Source: Alphaproteobacteria bacterium | Lineage (GTDB): Bacteria; Pseudomonadota; Alphaproteobacteria; Bin95 | Direction: 5' to 3' | Assembly (NCBI GenBank): GCA_963665325.3 | Contig: CAXXWS020000002.1 | Coordinates: forward strand, 864,001 to 928,000 | DNA length: 64,000 nt | Part shown: piece by piece, positions 10,215 through 18,528 of the stretch | Numbering within the stretch: the stretch's first letter is position 1 | Layout: the number at the start of each line of letters is the position of its first letter | Notes under the pieces: model-generated | What the model saw: only the letters and a program-made list of their open reading frames with translations | The model's database searches: none | Told to the model about the DNA's origin: nothing | Translations under genes and position numbers: made by a program

Positions 10215-11066
10215 TCAAGGCCGGCCCGGCCGTGTCGTCAGGATGGCGGCGGCGACGACCATGACGCCGCCGGAGACGATCCAGATGTCGGGCAGGTCGT
10301 TCCAGAGCCACCAGCCGAAGCCGACCGCCCAGACAAGGCTGAGATAGCGCAGCGGCGACACGAGCGAGGCCGGGGCGAGGCGGAAGGATGCAATGATGAG
10401 ATACTGCGCGATGCCCGCCATGATCCCGGCGGCGCCGAACAGCAGCCAGTCGAACCAGTCGGGCCAGTGGGCCTGCCAGAACAGCGTGAGGCCCCCGCCG
10501 ACAAGCGTCAGCACCTGGCTGTAGAAAAAGATCGTGGTGGAGGCCTCCATCGGGCCGAGCTTGCGTGTGATGACATCGCGGCCCGCCGAGATGAGGGCGG
10601 CGGTGATGGGCACGATAACCGCCCATTGGAACGCCGAAGTGCCGGGGCGCATCATCACCAGCACGCCGACGAAGCCGATAATCACGGCCGCCCATCCGTT
10701 CCGGCTGACCCGCTCGCGCAGCAGGATCGCGGACAAGATCGTCAGTATGACCGGGCTCACAAAGACGACCGCCATGGCGTCCGCCAGCGGCAGCACCGCC
10801 CAGGACATGACGATGACAAGGCTGCACAGAACCGCCAACACGCCGCGCAGCAGGGTCAGCTTCGGCGCGCGAGGCACGACGAGGCGCCAGCCCCCGTCGC
10901 GGCGCATCAGCCAGGCGACGACCGCCATGCCCGAAATCGTACGGTAGAACAGGATTTCGCCCGAGTGGTAGTCGGCGGTCAGCCATTTGGCGATGGCGTC
11001 CTGCGCCGTCAGGATGATGGTGCTGAGCACCATGTACAGCGCGCCCAGCCGCGCATCCCTGTCCAC
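10215..11066 (-). CDS. DMT/EamA family transporter
   Basis: Multiple hydrophobic segments, LPLADA, LLRERV, GFVGVLVMMRPG; GTG start approximate. Confidence 0.88.
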   Translation of the reverse strand: MDRDARLGALYMVLSTIILTAQDAIAKWLTADYHSGEILFYRTISGMAVVAWLMRRDGGWRLVVPRAPKLTLLRGVLAVLCSLVIVMSWAVLPLADAMAVVFVSPVILTILSAILLRERVSRNGWAAVIIGFVGVLVMMRPGTSAFQWAVIVPITAALISAGRDVITRKLGPMEASTTIFFYSQVLTLVGGGLTLFWQAHWPDWFDWLLFGAAGIMAGIAQYLIIASFRLAPASLVSPLRYLSLVWAVGFGWWLWNDLPDIWIVSGGVMVVAAAILTTRPGRP

Positions 11067-11108
11067 TTGCCGCTTGTTCCCGTCACCCGACAGCTTAGAG
11101 TAGTCCTC

Positions 11109-11959
11109 ATGGAAGCATTCGTCTCTACGGAATGGCTGGCGGCGCGCCTGGGCGATCCGGCGCTCCGCATCCTCGACGCAACCGTCCACCTGCATCCGAT
11201 GCCGGGCGGCAACATGCGGGCCGAAAGCGGGCGCGAAGACTATCTCGCGGGCCATATTCCGGGCGCGGCGTTCGCCGACCTCATCGACGATCTCTCCGAC
11301 CCGGATAGCAGGTTCCGTTTCACCCTGCCGGATGCGGCGCGCTTCGGCGCGGCGATGGGCGCCCTCGGCGTCTCCAGCGACAGCGCCGTGGTGGTCTATT
11401 CCGGCGGGACGCCGCACTGGGCGCCAGGCTCTGGTGGATGCTCAAGGCGTTCGGACACGACCGGGCGGCGGTGCTGGACGGCGGCTGGGGCAAGTGGACC
11501 GCCGAGGGGCGGCCGACCGCTGCCGGAAACGAAACGCCCGCACCTGCGCTGTTCGCGGCGGAGCGCCGGCCGGGCTATTTCGTGGGGCGGAGCGAGGTTG
11601 AGGCGGCGCTTGCCGATCCGGGCGCGGTGGTGCTCAATTCGCTGACGGCGGAGCAGCACGCGGGCGGCGGACAGCATTATGGAAGGCCGGGGCGCATCGC
11701 AGGGTCGGTGGTCGTGCCGAGCCGCGACCTCGTCGATCCGGCGACGGGCGCGATGCTGCCGATGTCCGCAGTCCGGCAGAAGTTCGACAATGTCGGCGCA
11801 TTGGAAGCCGAGCGCGTGGTGACCTATTGCGGCGGCGGCATCGCCGCCAGCCTCGGCGCAATGGCGCTCCACCTGCTGGGGCAGGAAAATGTCGCCGTCT
11901 ATGACGATTCGCTCCAGGCCTGGGCGCGCGACCCGTCCCTGCCGATGGAGACCGGGTGA
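11109..11959 (+). pseudogene. sseA: Tandem-rhodanese sulfurtransferase (SseA/MST-like) split by a 1-nt frameshift near 11423
   Basis: First frame reads FVSTEWLAARL...GHIPGA...VVVYSGGTPHWA. A second frame continues RLWWMLKAFGH...VLDGG...YCGGGIAA. Adding one base gives an intact 283-aa ORF. Could be a sequencing error. Confidence 0.8.
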
Positions 11960-12156
11960 GCGCCAACCGCCACGAGACGGGCCAGCCGACCACGGCGAGG
12001 GCCGACATGGCGGCCTATGACGCCCTGCCGCCGAGCCTGCGGGCAGCCCTGACCGAAACGCCGGAGAACCTGTCCGCCGAGGCCGTTCTGACTGCCATGG
12101 CGGAGGACGGCCTGGCCGAAGCGGATGCGCTGGCTGTGCTGGTGGCCCGGCAATGA
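11956..12156 (+). CDS. Small hypothetical protein (DUF6525-like)
   Basis: DMAAYDALPPSLRAAL; GTGA overlap with the sulfurtransferase stop; GGAG RBS. Confidence 0.55.
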   Translation: MSANRHETGQPTTARADMAAYDALPPSLRAALTETPENLSAEAVLTAMAEDGLAEADALAVLVARQ

Positions 12157-12560
12157 TGCAGCCGCTCCTCATGGGGTTCGAAGCGGCGGTCTCGGTCTGA
12201 ACGACCCGTGCAGGCCACGAGCGGCAGGCGGGAATGCGCTTCCGCGACTGGCCGCAATGCCGGGAAAGGCCGTTGCTGCCCTCGGGGAAACTCGCAACAG
12301 GCTCGCCCACGCGCCCGTCGATGCCGGCTTGCCGCTCTCCACAGGAGCGTTTACGGTATGATTCCATTGCATTAATATGCAGAGGCAAACGAATGTGCGC
12401 CTCGAGACCGAAGCGGTACGCTTTTCCCGTTCCCGCCGAAGCGGCCGGCTTTCGCGAGACAGCCCGCAGGAACACGACGGGCGACGGTGCGGGGATCCCC
12501 GGGTTCCGTCCGCTGTCCGGCGTCGTATCGACATCGAACCGAAACCGAAGGAGAACAGCC

Positions 12561-13355
12561 ATGTTCCGGAAAGCAATTTGCGCAATCCTGTATCTTGCGG
12601 CGGTCTCTCTCGCAGCGCCGGCGACGGCGCAGGAGGCGGGAGAGCGGTTTCGCGATTGCCCGGAATGCCCGGAAATGGCCGCGCTGCCCGAAGGCAGCTT
12701 CATCATGGGCTCGCCGGCATGGGAGGGCGCGCACCGCGAGCACGAAACGCCCGCTCGCCGGATACGGATCGACCGCCGCCTGGCGGTCGGCGTTCACGAG
12801 GTGACGTCCGGCGAATGGGATGCCTGCGTCGCCGGCGGCGGTTGCGGCGGCTACAGCCCGTCCGCGCCCTGGGGCCGGGACCGGCAGCCTGTCGTCCATG
12901 TGTCGTGGTTCGATGCGAAGTCCTATATCGAGTGGCTGTCGCGCCGGACGGGCCGGGACTACCGCCTGCCGACCGAGGCCGAGTGGGAATATGCGGCGCG
13001 CGCGGGCACGGCGGGCCCGTATCACACCGGCGGCCGACTTGCGCCGGACCGGGCGAATTACGGCGGCGGGGGAACCGTGCCGGTCGGCTCCTATCCGGCC
13101 AATGCCTTCGGCCTCCATGACATGCACGGCAATGTGTGGGAGTGGGTCGAGGACTGCTGGAACCCGAGCCATGCCGGCGCGCCGGCGGACGGCAGCGCGC
13201 GGCTCTCCGGCGACTGCAACTGGCGCGTCCTGCGCGGCGGCTCCTGGCTGAACGGCCCCAAATCGCTCCGCTCTGCCACCCGTTTCCGGACGAGCTCGGA
13301 AGAACGCGCCTATTACATCAACGGCTTCCGCGTCGCGCTGACACTCCATCCTTGA
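12561..13355 (+). CDS. Secreted formylglycine-generating enzyme (FGE-sulfatase/SUMF1) domain protein
   Basis: AAGGAG RBS; signal peptide ending ATA-Q; FRDCPECPEM, RLPTEAEWEYAAR, NAFGLHDMHGNVWEW, RGGSW, GFRV. Confidence 0.92.
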   Translation: MFRKAICAILYLAAVSLAAPATAQEAGERFRDCPECPEMAALPEGSFIMGSPAWEGAHREHETPARRIRIDRRLAVGVHEVTSGEWDACVAGGGCGGYSPSAPWGRDRQPVVHVSWFDAKSYIEWLSRRTGRDYRLPTEAEWEYAARAGTAGPYHTGGRLAPDRANYGGGGTVPVGSYPANAFGLHDMHGNVWEWVEDCWNPSHAGAPADGSARLSGDCNWRVLRGGSWLNGPKSLRSATRFRTSSEERAYYINGFRVALTLHP

Positions 13356-13565
13356 GGCGCGGCCTCTCCGGGGGGCGATGACCCTCAGGGAAATGCCATG
13401 AAGTGTCATGTTCCGTCACAGTCGGAGTGCGCGCGATTTCCGTCCGCTCTCTTTCCATCATGACCGGACGCCCCCTCCGTCTGCGTGTCTGTCGCCGTCC
13501 CGCTTGCGACTCCCGGCGGGTCGGTGTGTATAACGACGGCAGCGAGCGAAGCGGGGGGAAACCGG

Positions 13566-14546
13566 ATGCCGGTGAAGGTTGTGATGCAGAACGAGCTGTC
13601 GATGGGGGCGGCGGACCGGATTCGTGAGATGGCCGAGGTGGTCGTCGATCCGGACCTGGAGCAGGTCTCCGGCGCGGATATAGTGGTTGCCGGCCGCGGA
13701 CCGATCGACGCCGAGTTCATGTCGCGCGCCGGCAACCGCCTGAAAATGGTCGCCACTCCCGGCATCGGCGTGGACAAGATCGACGTGGAGGCGGCGAGCG
13801 AGCGCGGCATTATCGTTATCCACAATCCCGACGCCCCGACACAGTCCACGGTTGAGCATACGGTCGCGCTGCTGATGGCCATGGCGGCCCGCGTCATGAC
13901 CGGGGACCGTTTCCTCAGGGAGGGCCAGCCCCTGGACCGCGAGCGGATGCGGGGCACGGAGCTGCGGGGGCGCAATCTGGGCGTCGTCGGCTACGGACGC
14001 ATCGGGCGGCGCGTCGCGGCGACTTGCGCGCTCGGGCTCGGGATGAATGTCCGGGTCTGCGACCCCTATGTGGACCGGCATCAGGAGACCCCCGAGGGCG
14101 TCACGCTGACGGACGACTTCGACTCGGTGCTGCGGGATGCGAAGTTCGTGACCTTGCATGTGCCCTTGTCGCCGGCCACCCGCCGCATGGTCGGCGAGCG
14201 GGAGCTGCGCTCGATCCCGCAGGGAAGCTATCTGGTGAACGCCTCGCGCGGGCCGGTGGTCGATGAACAGGCGCTGATCCGGGTGCTGCAGGACGGGCAC
14301 TTGGCGGGGGCGGCGCTGGATGTGACCGACCCCGAACCCCCGTTGCCCGACAATCCGCTGCTGGGGATGGAGAATGTCATCGTCACCCCGCATATCGCGT
14401 CGAACACGGACCTGGGTGTCCACGCCATGATGCACGGGGTTGCCGACCAGATCGCCCAGGTGATCGCCGGAGAGCCGCCCCGCAGCATGGTCGACCCGAA
14501 GGTCTGGCCGGGCCGCTTCGCCGGCTGGTCGGCCGCAGATTCCTGA
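13566..14546 (+). CDS. D-isomer-specific 2-hydroxyacid dehydrogenase (SerA-like catalytic core)
   Basis: GVVGYGRIG, LHVPL, VNASRG, AALDV, TPHIAS. Confidence 0.9.
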   Translation: MPVKVVMQNELSMGAADRIREMAEVVVDPDLEQVSGADIVVAGRGPIDAEFMSRAGNRLKMVATPGIGVDKIDVEAASERGIIVIHNPDAPTQSTVEHTVALLMAMAARVMTGDRFLREGQPLDRERMRGTELRGRNLGVVGYGRIGRRVAATCALGLGMNVRVCDPYVDRHQETPEGVTLTDDFDSVLRDAKFVTLHVPLSPATRRMVGERELRSIPQGSYLVNASRGPVVDEQALIRVLQDGHLAGAALDVTDPEPPLPDNPLLGMENVIVTPHIASNTDLGVHAMMHGVADQIAQVIAGEPPRSMVDPKVWPGRFAGWSAADS

Positions 14547-14562
14547 TCGGCCGCTCGAAGCG

Positions 14563-16659
14563 ATGAGCGGAACAGGGGCAGCTTATCGGCTGGGCTGCGA
14601 TGTCGGTGGCACGTTCACGGATTTCGTCCTCTACGACGAGCGATCGGGCGCGATCCATGTGGAGAAGTGCCTGACGACCCCGGATGACCCCTCGGTCGGA
14701 ATTCTGGAGGGCCTCGGGCCCTTCGGCGTCATCGACCCCGAACATGTCGCCCGCACGCGCCGCATCGCGCATGCCACGACACTGGTTGCAAACGCGGTCA
14801 TCGAGCGAAAGGGCGCCCGCACGGCGCTTCTTGCGACCCGGGGTTTCCGCGATGTGCTGGAGCTTCGCCGCCATGTCCGGGTGACGACCTACGAGCTCTG
14901 GGCCGATCCCCCGGCGCCGCTGGTGCCGCGGCATCTGAGAATTCCCGTGAGCGAGCGCACCTACAGCGACGGCGCGGTCCTTCGCCCGGTCCCGCCGGAG
15001 GAGATCGAGGCCGCTGTCGCGCTGATGCGGGCAGAGGGCGTGGGCTCGGTGGCGATCGCCTTCCTGCACTCCTATGTCAATCCCGAGAACGAACGCGAGG
15101 CGGCGCGGCTCCTGCGTGAGCTCGCCCCTGAAATCGCGGTCACGACCTCCGCCGAGGTGCTGCCCCAGATCAAGGAGTACGAGCGCACCAGCACCACGGT
15201 GGTCAACGCCTATGTGAAACCGCTCGTCCAGCGCTATCTCGGCAATCTCGACGACGGGCTCGTCGGAGCCGGCTATGCCGCGCCGCTCAGGGTGATGCTG
15301 TCCAATGGCGGCCTCGGATCCGCGGAGACCGCGACCGATTTCCCGCTCAGGCTCATCGAATCGGGACCGGTGGCGGGGGCCATTGTCGGGCGTCGGATCG
15401 CCGAGGCGCTGGAGCTGCCTGAAGTGCTTTCGTTCGATATGGGGGGAACGACCGCGAAGGCGTGCCTCATCCGCGAGCGCGCGATGCCGATCACCGACGA
15501 GCTGGAGGTAGCGCGGTCGCGGCGGTTCACGCGCTCCAGCGGCTTCCCGGTAGCGGTGCCGGCCGTCAACATGATCGAGATCGGCGCCGGCGGCGGCAGC
15601 ATCGCCACCATCAACGAAATGGGGCTCGTCCAGGTCGGCCCGGAAAGCGCTGGCGCCGACCCCGGACCGATCTGCTACAGCCGCGGCGGCGCCCGGCCGA
15701 CCGTGACCGATGCCGACCTGCTGCTCGGCTACCTCAACCCGGACAATTTCGCCGGCGGCTCGATGCGCCTCGACGGGGAGGCGGCGCGGGCCGGCATCGA
15801 GGAGCAGCTTGCGCGCCCGCGCGGACAATCGGCGCTCGAGGCGGCGTGGACCGTCCACGACGTGGTGAACGAGACGATGGCGGCTGCGGTGCGCATGCAC
15901 ATAACGGAGCGGGGCGGCAACCCCCGGCAGGCGACCCTGGTTGCGTTCGGGGGCGCGGGGCCGCTGCATGCCTGCCACCTCGCGGCGAAGCTACGGGTCG
16001 GGCGGGTCATGGTTCCGCTCCGGGCGGGCGTGCTGTCCGCACTCGGGCTGCTGGTCGCGCCGCCGGCCTACGATATCGTGCGCACCCACAAGGCCCCGCT
16101 GCGGGACCTCGACGAGGCAGCGACCGGAGCGCTGATCGAGGAGATGGCGGACTCGATCGCGTCGCTGCTGGCCAGGCTCGACTCCGAGGGGGAGCTGCGC
16201 TTTCAGCGCGGAGTCGATGTTGGCTATATCGGCCAGAGCTACCAGGTCACGGTGCCGGTGGACGGGGCGGTGGACCGGGACGCGATCTGGCAGAGCTTCG
16301 CGACCCTCTACCGCGAAAAATACGGCTACTTCTACGACGACGTGCCGGCGGAGGTCGTGAACCTCCGGGTGCTGGGGGAGCTGGTGGGTGGCGAGATCGG
16401 GCTCGAACCGCTGCCCCGAGGACCGGCAACGACTGCTGCCGCGGCAGTCGGCGAACGACCCGCCTGGTCTGCGCGCGAGCGCAGCATGCGCCCCTTCAGC
16501 GTCTTCGACCGGGACCGGCTTCTTCCCGGCGCGGCGTTCGAAGGGCCGGCGATCGTCGAGGAGGCGTCCGCAACCACCATCGTCGATGAGGGCGCGACGG
16601 TCGAGGTCGACGCCTGGGGATCGCTGGTCATCGCTGTCGACCTGGAGGATGCACCATGA
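14563..16659 (+). CDS. Hydantoinase/oxoprolinase subunit A (ATP-binding)
   Basis: [40 protein letters not shown]. Confidence 0.93.
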   Translation: MSGTGAAYRLGCDVGGTFTDFVLYDERSGAIHVEKCLTTPDDPSVGILEGLGPFGVIDPEHVARTRRIAHATTLVANAVIERKGARTALLATRGFRDVLELRRHVRVTTYELWADPPAPLVPRHLRIPVSERTYSDGAVLRPVPPEEIEAAVALMRAEGVGSVAIAFLHSYVNPENEREAARLLRELAPEIAVTTSAEVLPQIKEYERTSTTVVNAYVKPLVQRYLGNLDDGLVGAGYAAPLRVMLSNGGLGSAETATDFPLRLIESGPVAGAIVGRRIAEALELPEVLSFDMGGTTAKACLIRERAMPITDELEVARSRRFTRSSGFPVAVPAVNMIEIGAGGGSIATINEMGLVQVGPESAGADPGPICYSRGGARPTVTDADLLLGYLNPDNFAGGSMRLDGEAARAGIEEQLARPRGQSALEAAWTVHDVVNETMAAAVRMHITERGGNPRQATLVAFGGAGPLHACHLAAKLRVGRVMVPLRAGVLSALGLLVAPPAYDIVRTHKAPLRDLDEAATGALIEEMADSIASLLARLDSEGELRFQRGVDVGYIGQSYQVTVPVDGAVDRDAIWQSFATLYREKYGYFYDDVPAEVVNLRVLGELVGGEIGLEPLPRGPATTAAAAVGERPAWSARERSMRPFSVFDRDRLLPGAAFEGPAIVEEASATTIVDEGATVEVDAWGSLVIAVDLEDAP

Positions 16660-18320
16660 GCGCCAACGAGCCGCCCGAAGCGCTGGATATCGTCTGGCCG
16701 CGCCTGATTGCCATCGCCGACGAGATGGCGACGACGATGTTTCGGACCGCGTTCTCCCACGACGTGGTCGAAGTGCATGACATGTCCACCGGGCTCTACG
16801 ATGACAGGGGCTTTCTCATCGGACAGACCTGGCTCGGCGCGACCGGGCATACGGGGGTCATGCCGGTATATGGGCGGAACCTGCTGGAGTATTTCCCGCC
16901 CGAAACGGTCCGGCCGGGCGACGTGTTCATCTGCAACGATCCCTGGATCTGCAACGGCCAGACGGCCGATGTCTTCATCACCACGCCCGCCTTCCGCGAC
17001 GGGCGGCTTATCGGCTTCTCCATCAACAGCGTCCACCATGTCGATATCGGCGGGCGCAAGGGCTCGGGCCTCAGCGAGGAGGTCTATGAAGAGGGCCTCA
17101 TCATTCCGCCGCTCAAGCTCTATGACGACGGCGCGCCGAACGAGCAGCTGTTCCAGCTTCTGAGGCGCAATGTCCGGTTTGCGGAAAAGATGATCGGCGA
17201 CCTGCGCGCCCAGGTGGCGGCGGGCTGGGCCGGCAGCCGGGAGCTCGAACGGCTCGCGGCGGAGTTCGGCCTCGACTCGCTGCGCGGGCACGCCGACGAG
17301 ATCATGCGCCGCACCGAGGCCGGAATGCGGGCGGGGATCGCTGCGCTCCCCGACGGCGAATATCACGAAGAGATGGAGATGGAGATCGACGGCATTGCGG
17401 AGCCGCAAACGCTCGCGCTCACGCTGCGGATCGAGGGCAGCGACGTGTATGCCGATTTCACCGGCACCTCGCCCCAGGTGCGCCGTCCCGTCAATTGCCC
17501 CATCAACTACACGCGCGCCTATGTGGCGCTGCCGCTCAAGCTGGTGTGCGACCCGATCCTGCCCAACAACCAGGGCACCTACGAGCCGCTGCACCTGTCG
17601 GTGCCCGAGGGCACGCTGCTCAATCCGACCTTCCCGGCGGCCTGTTTCTGGCGCCTTTCGGCCGGGATGCTGGTGTCGGAGCTGATGTTCCGGGTGCTGG
17701 CGCGGATTGCGCCGGACAGGGTGCCGGCCGATTCCGGCTCGATGCCGACATGGCAGTTCTACGTCAACGGCGTGCGCCCGGACGGCGAGGTGTTCGCGCT
17801 GCACCAGCACGCCTTCGGCGGCATGGGCGGGCGGCCGGGCGATGACGGGCTTCCCTCGGTCAGCTTCCCCTACAATGTGCGCGATGTCTCCATCGAGTGG
17901 TCGGAGATGGAGACGCCGGTGCTTTACGAGGCGCGCGAGCTCATTCCGGACTCGGGCGGAGCGGGCGAGTTCAGGGGCGGTCTCGGCCAGGAGCTGGTGC
18001 TGAAGGCGTATGCCGGGCAGGTGAAGGAGCGTGAGCCGCTGGTGCTGTCGGGATCGGCCGGGCGCATGCGCTTTCCGCCTCGAGGGCTGGTCGGCGGCGC
18101 GAACGGCTCTTTCGGGGCAATCGAGGTGAACGGGGAAGCGATTGCGCCGTCGAGCTCGCCGACCGTAGTCTTCCGGGAGGGCGACACCGTACGCTTTCGG
18201 CTGCCGGGCGGCGGCGGATATGGCGACCCCGCAAGGCGCCCGCACGAGCGCATCGAAGCGGACCTGCGGGCCGGCTATGTGACGCTGGAGGGCGCGCGCC
18301 GGGACTACGGCTACGAATAG
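16656..18320 (+). CDS. Hydantoinase B/oxoprolinase family protein
   Basis: PGDVFICNDP, HHVDIGG, EEGLIIPP, SGGAGEFRGG, PGGGGYGDP; ATGA overlap with subunit A. Confidence 0.93.
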   Translation: MSANEPPEALDIVWPRLIAIADEMATTMFRTAFSHDVVEVHDMSTGLYDDRGFLIGQTWLGATGHTGVMPVYGRNLLEYFPPETVRPGDVFICNDPWICNGQTADVFITTPAFRDGRLIGFSINSVHHVDIGGRKGSGLSEEVYEEGLIIPPLKLYDDGAPNEQLFQLLRRNVRFAEKMIGDLRAQVAAGWAGSRELERLAAEFGLDSLRGHADEIMRRTEAGMRAGIAALPDGEYHEEMEMEIDGIAEPQTLALTLRIEGSDVYADFTGTSPQVRRPVNCPINYTRAYVALPLKLVCDPILPNNQGTYEPLHLSVPEGTLLNPTFPAACFWRLSAGMLVSELMFRVLARIAPDRVPADSGSMPTWQFYVNGVRPDGEVFALHQHAFGGMGGRPGDDGLPSVSFPYNVRDVSIEWSEMETPVLYEARELIPDSGGAGEFRGGLGQELVLKAYAGQVKEREPLVLSGSAGRMRFPPRGLVGGANGSFGAIEVNGEAIAPSSSPTVVFREGDTVRFRLPGGGGYGDPARRPHERIEADLRAGYVTLEGARRDYGYE

Positions 18321-18360
18321 GGCCCGGAGCGGCGGGCGGCATTCGGGCGTTTGAAAAGAT

Positions 18361-18437
18361 TGGTCGGAGTGGCAAGATTCGAACTTGCGGCCCCTGCCTC
18401 CCGAAGACAGTGCTCTACCAGGCTGAGCTACACTCCG
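18361..18437 (-). tRNA. tRNA-Pro (anticodon CGG), CCA encoded
   Basis: Reverse complement CGGAGTGTAGCTCAGCCTGGTAGAGCACTGTCTTCGGGAGGCAGGGGCCGCAAGTTCGAATCTTGCCACTCCGACCA folds as a cloverleaf. Confidence 0.97.
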
Positions 18438-18451
18438 GCCGTGCGCCGGAG

Positions 18452-18480
18452 TGTATAGCGGCGGCGGGGCGGGAGTTCAA
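18452..18480 (-). promoter_or_regulatory. Sigma70-type promoter of tRNA-Pro
   Basis: TTGAAC-N17-TATACA on the minus strand, ending 14 nt before the tRNA 5' end. Confidence 0.65.
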
Positions 18481-18528
18481 CGGGGTGCGGCGGCAGGAAG
18501 CGCCGGTAACGCGGCGGAGAGGGACGGC

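Noticed and set aside
9387-11645. 752-aa ORF appearing to fuse a long N-terminus to a rhodanese domain
   Set aside because: The N-terminal part is antisense to the hydrolase and DMT genes. The real start is ATG 11109 and the tail results from the frameshift.
12157-12560. 400-bp intergenic region as a riboswitch or ncRNA
   Set aside because: I recognise no conserved riboswitch or ncRNA motif. An Rfam/Infernal scan would be needed to exclude one.
13421-13429. GTCGGAGTG matching the tRNA-Pro 3' end as a possible att site bounding the hydantoinase cassette
   Set aside because: Only 9 bp. A comparable 9-bp match (TGGTCGGAG) lies inside the hydantoinase B gene and no integrase is present, so this is chance level.
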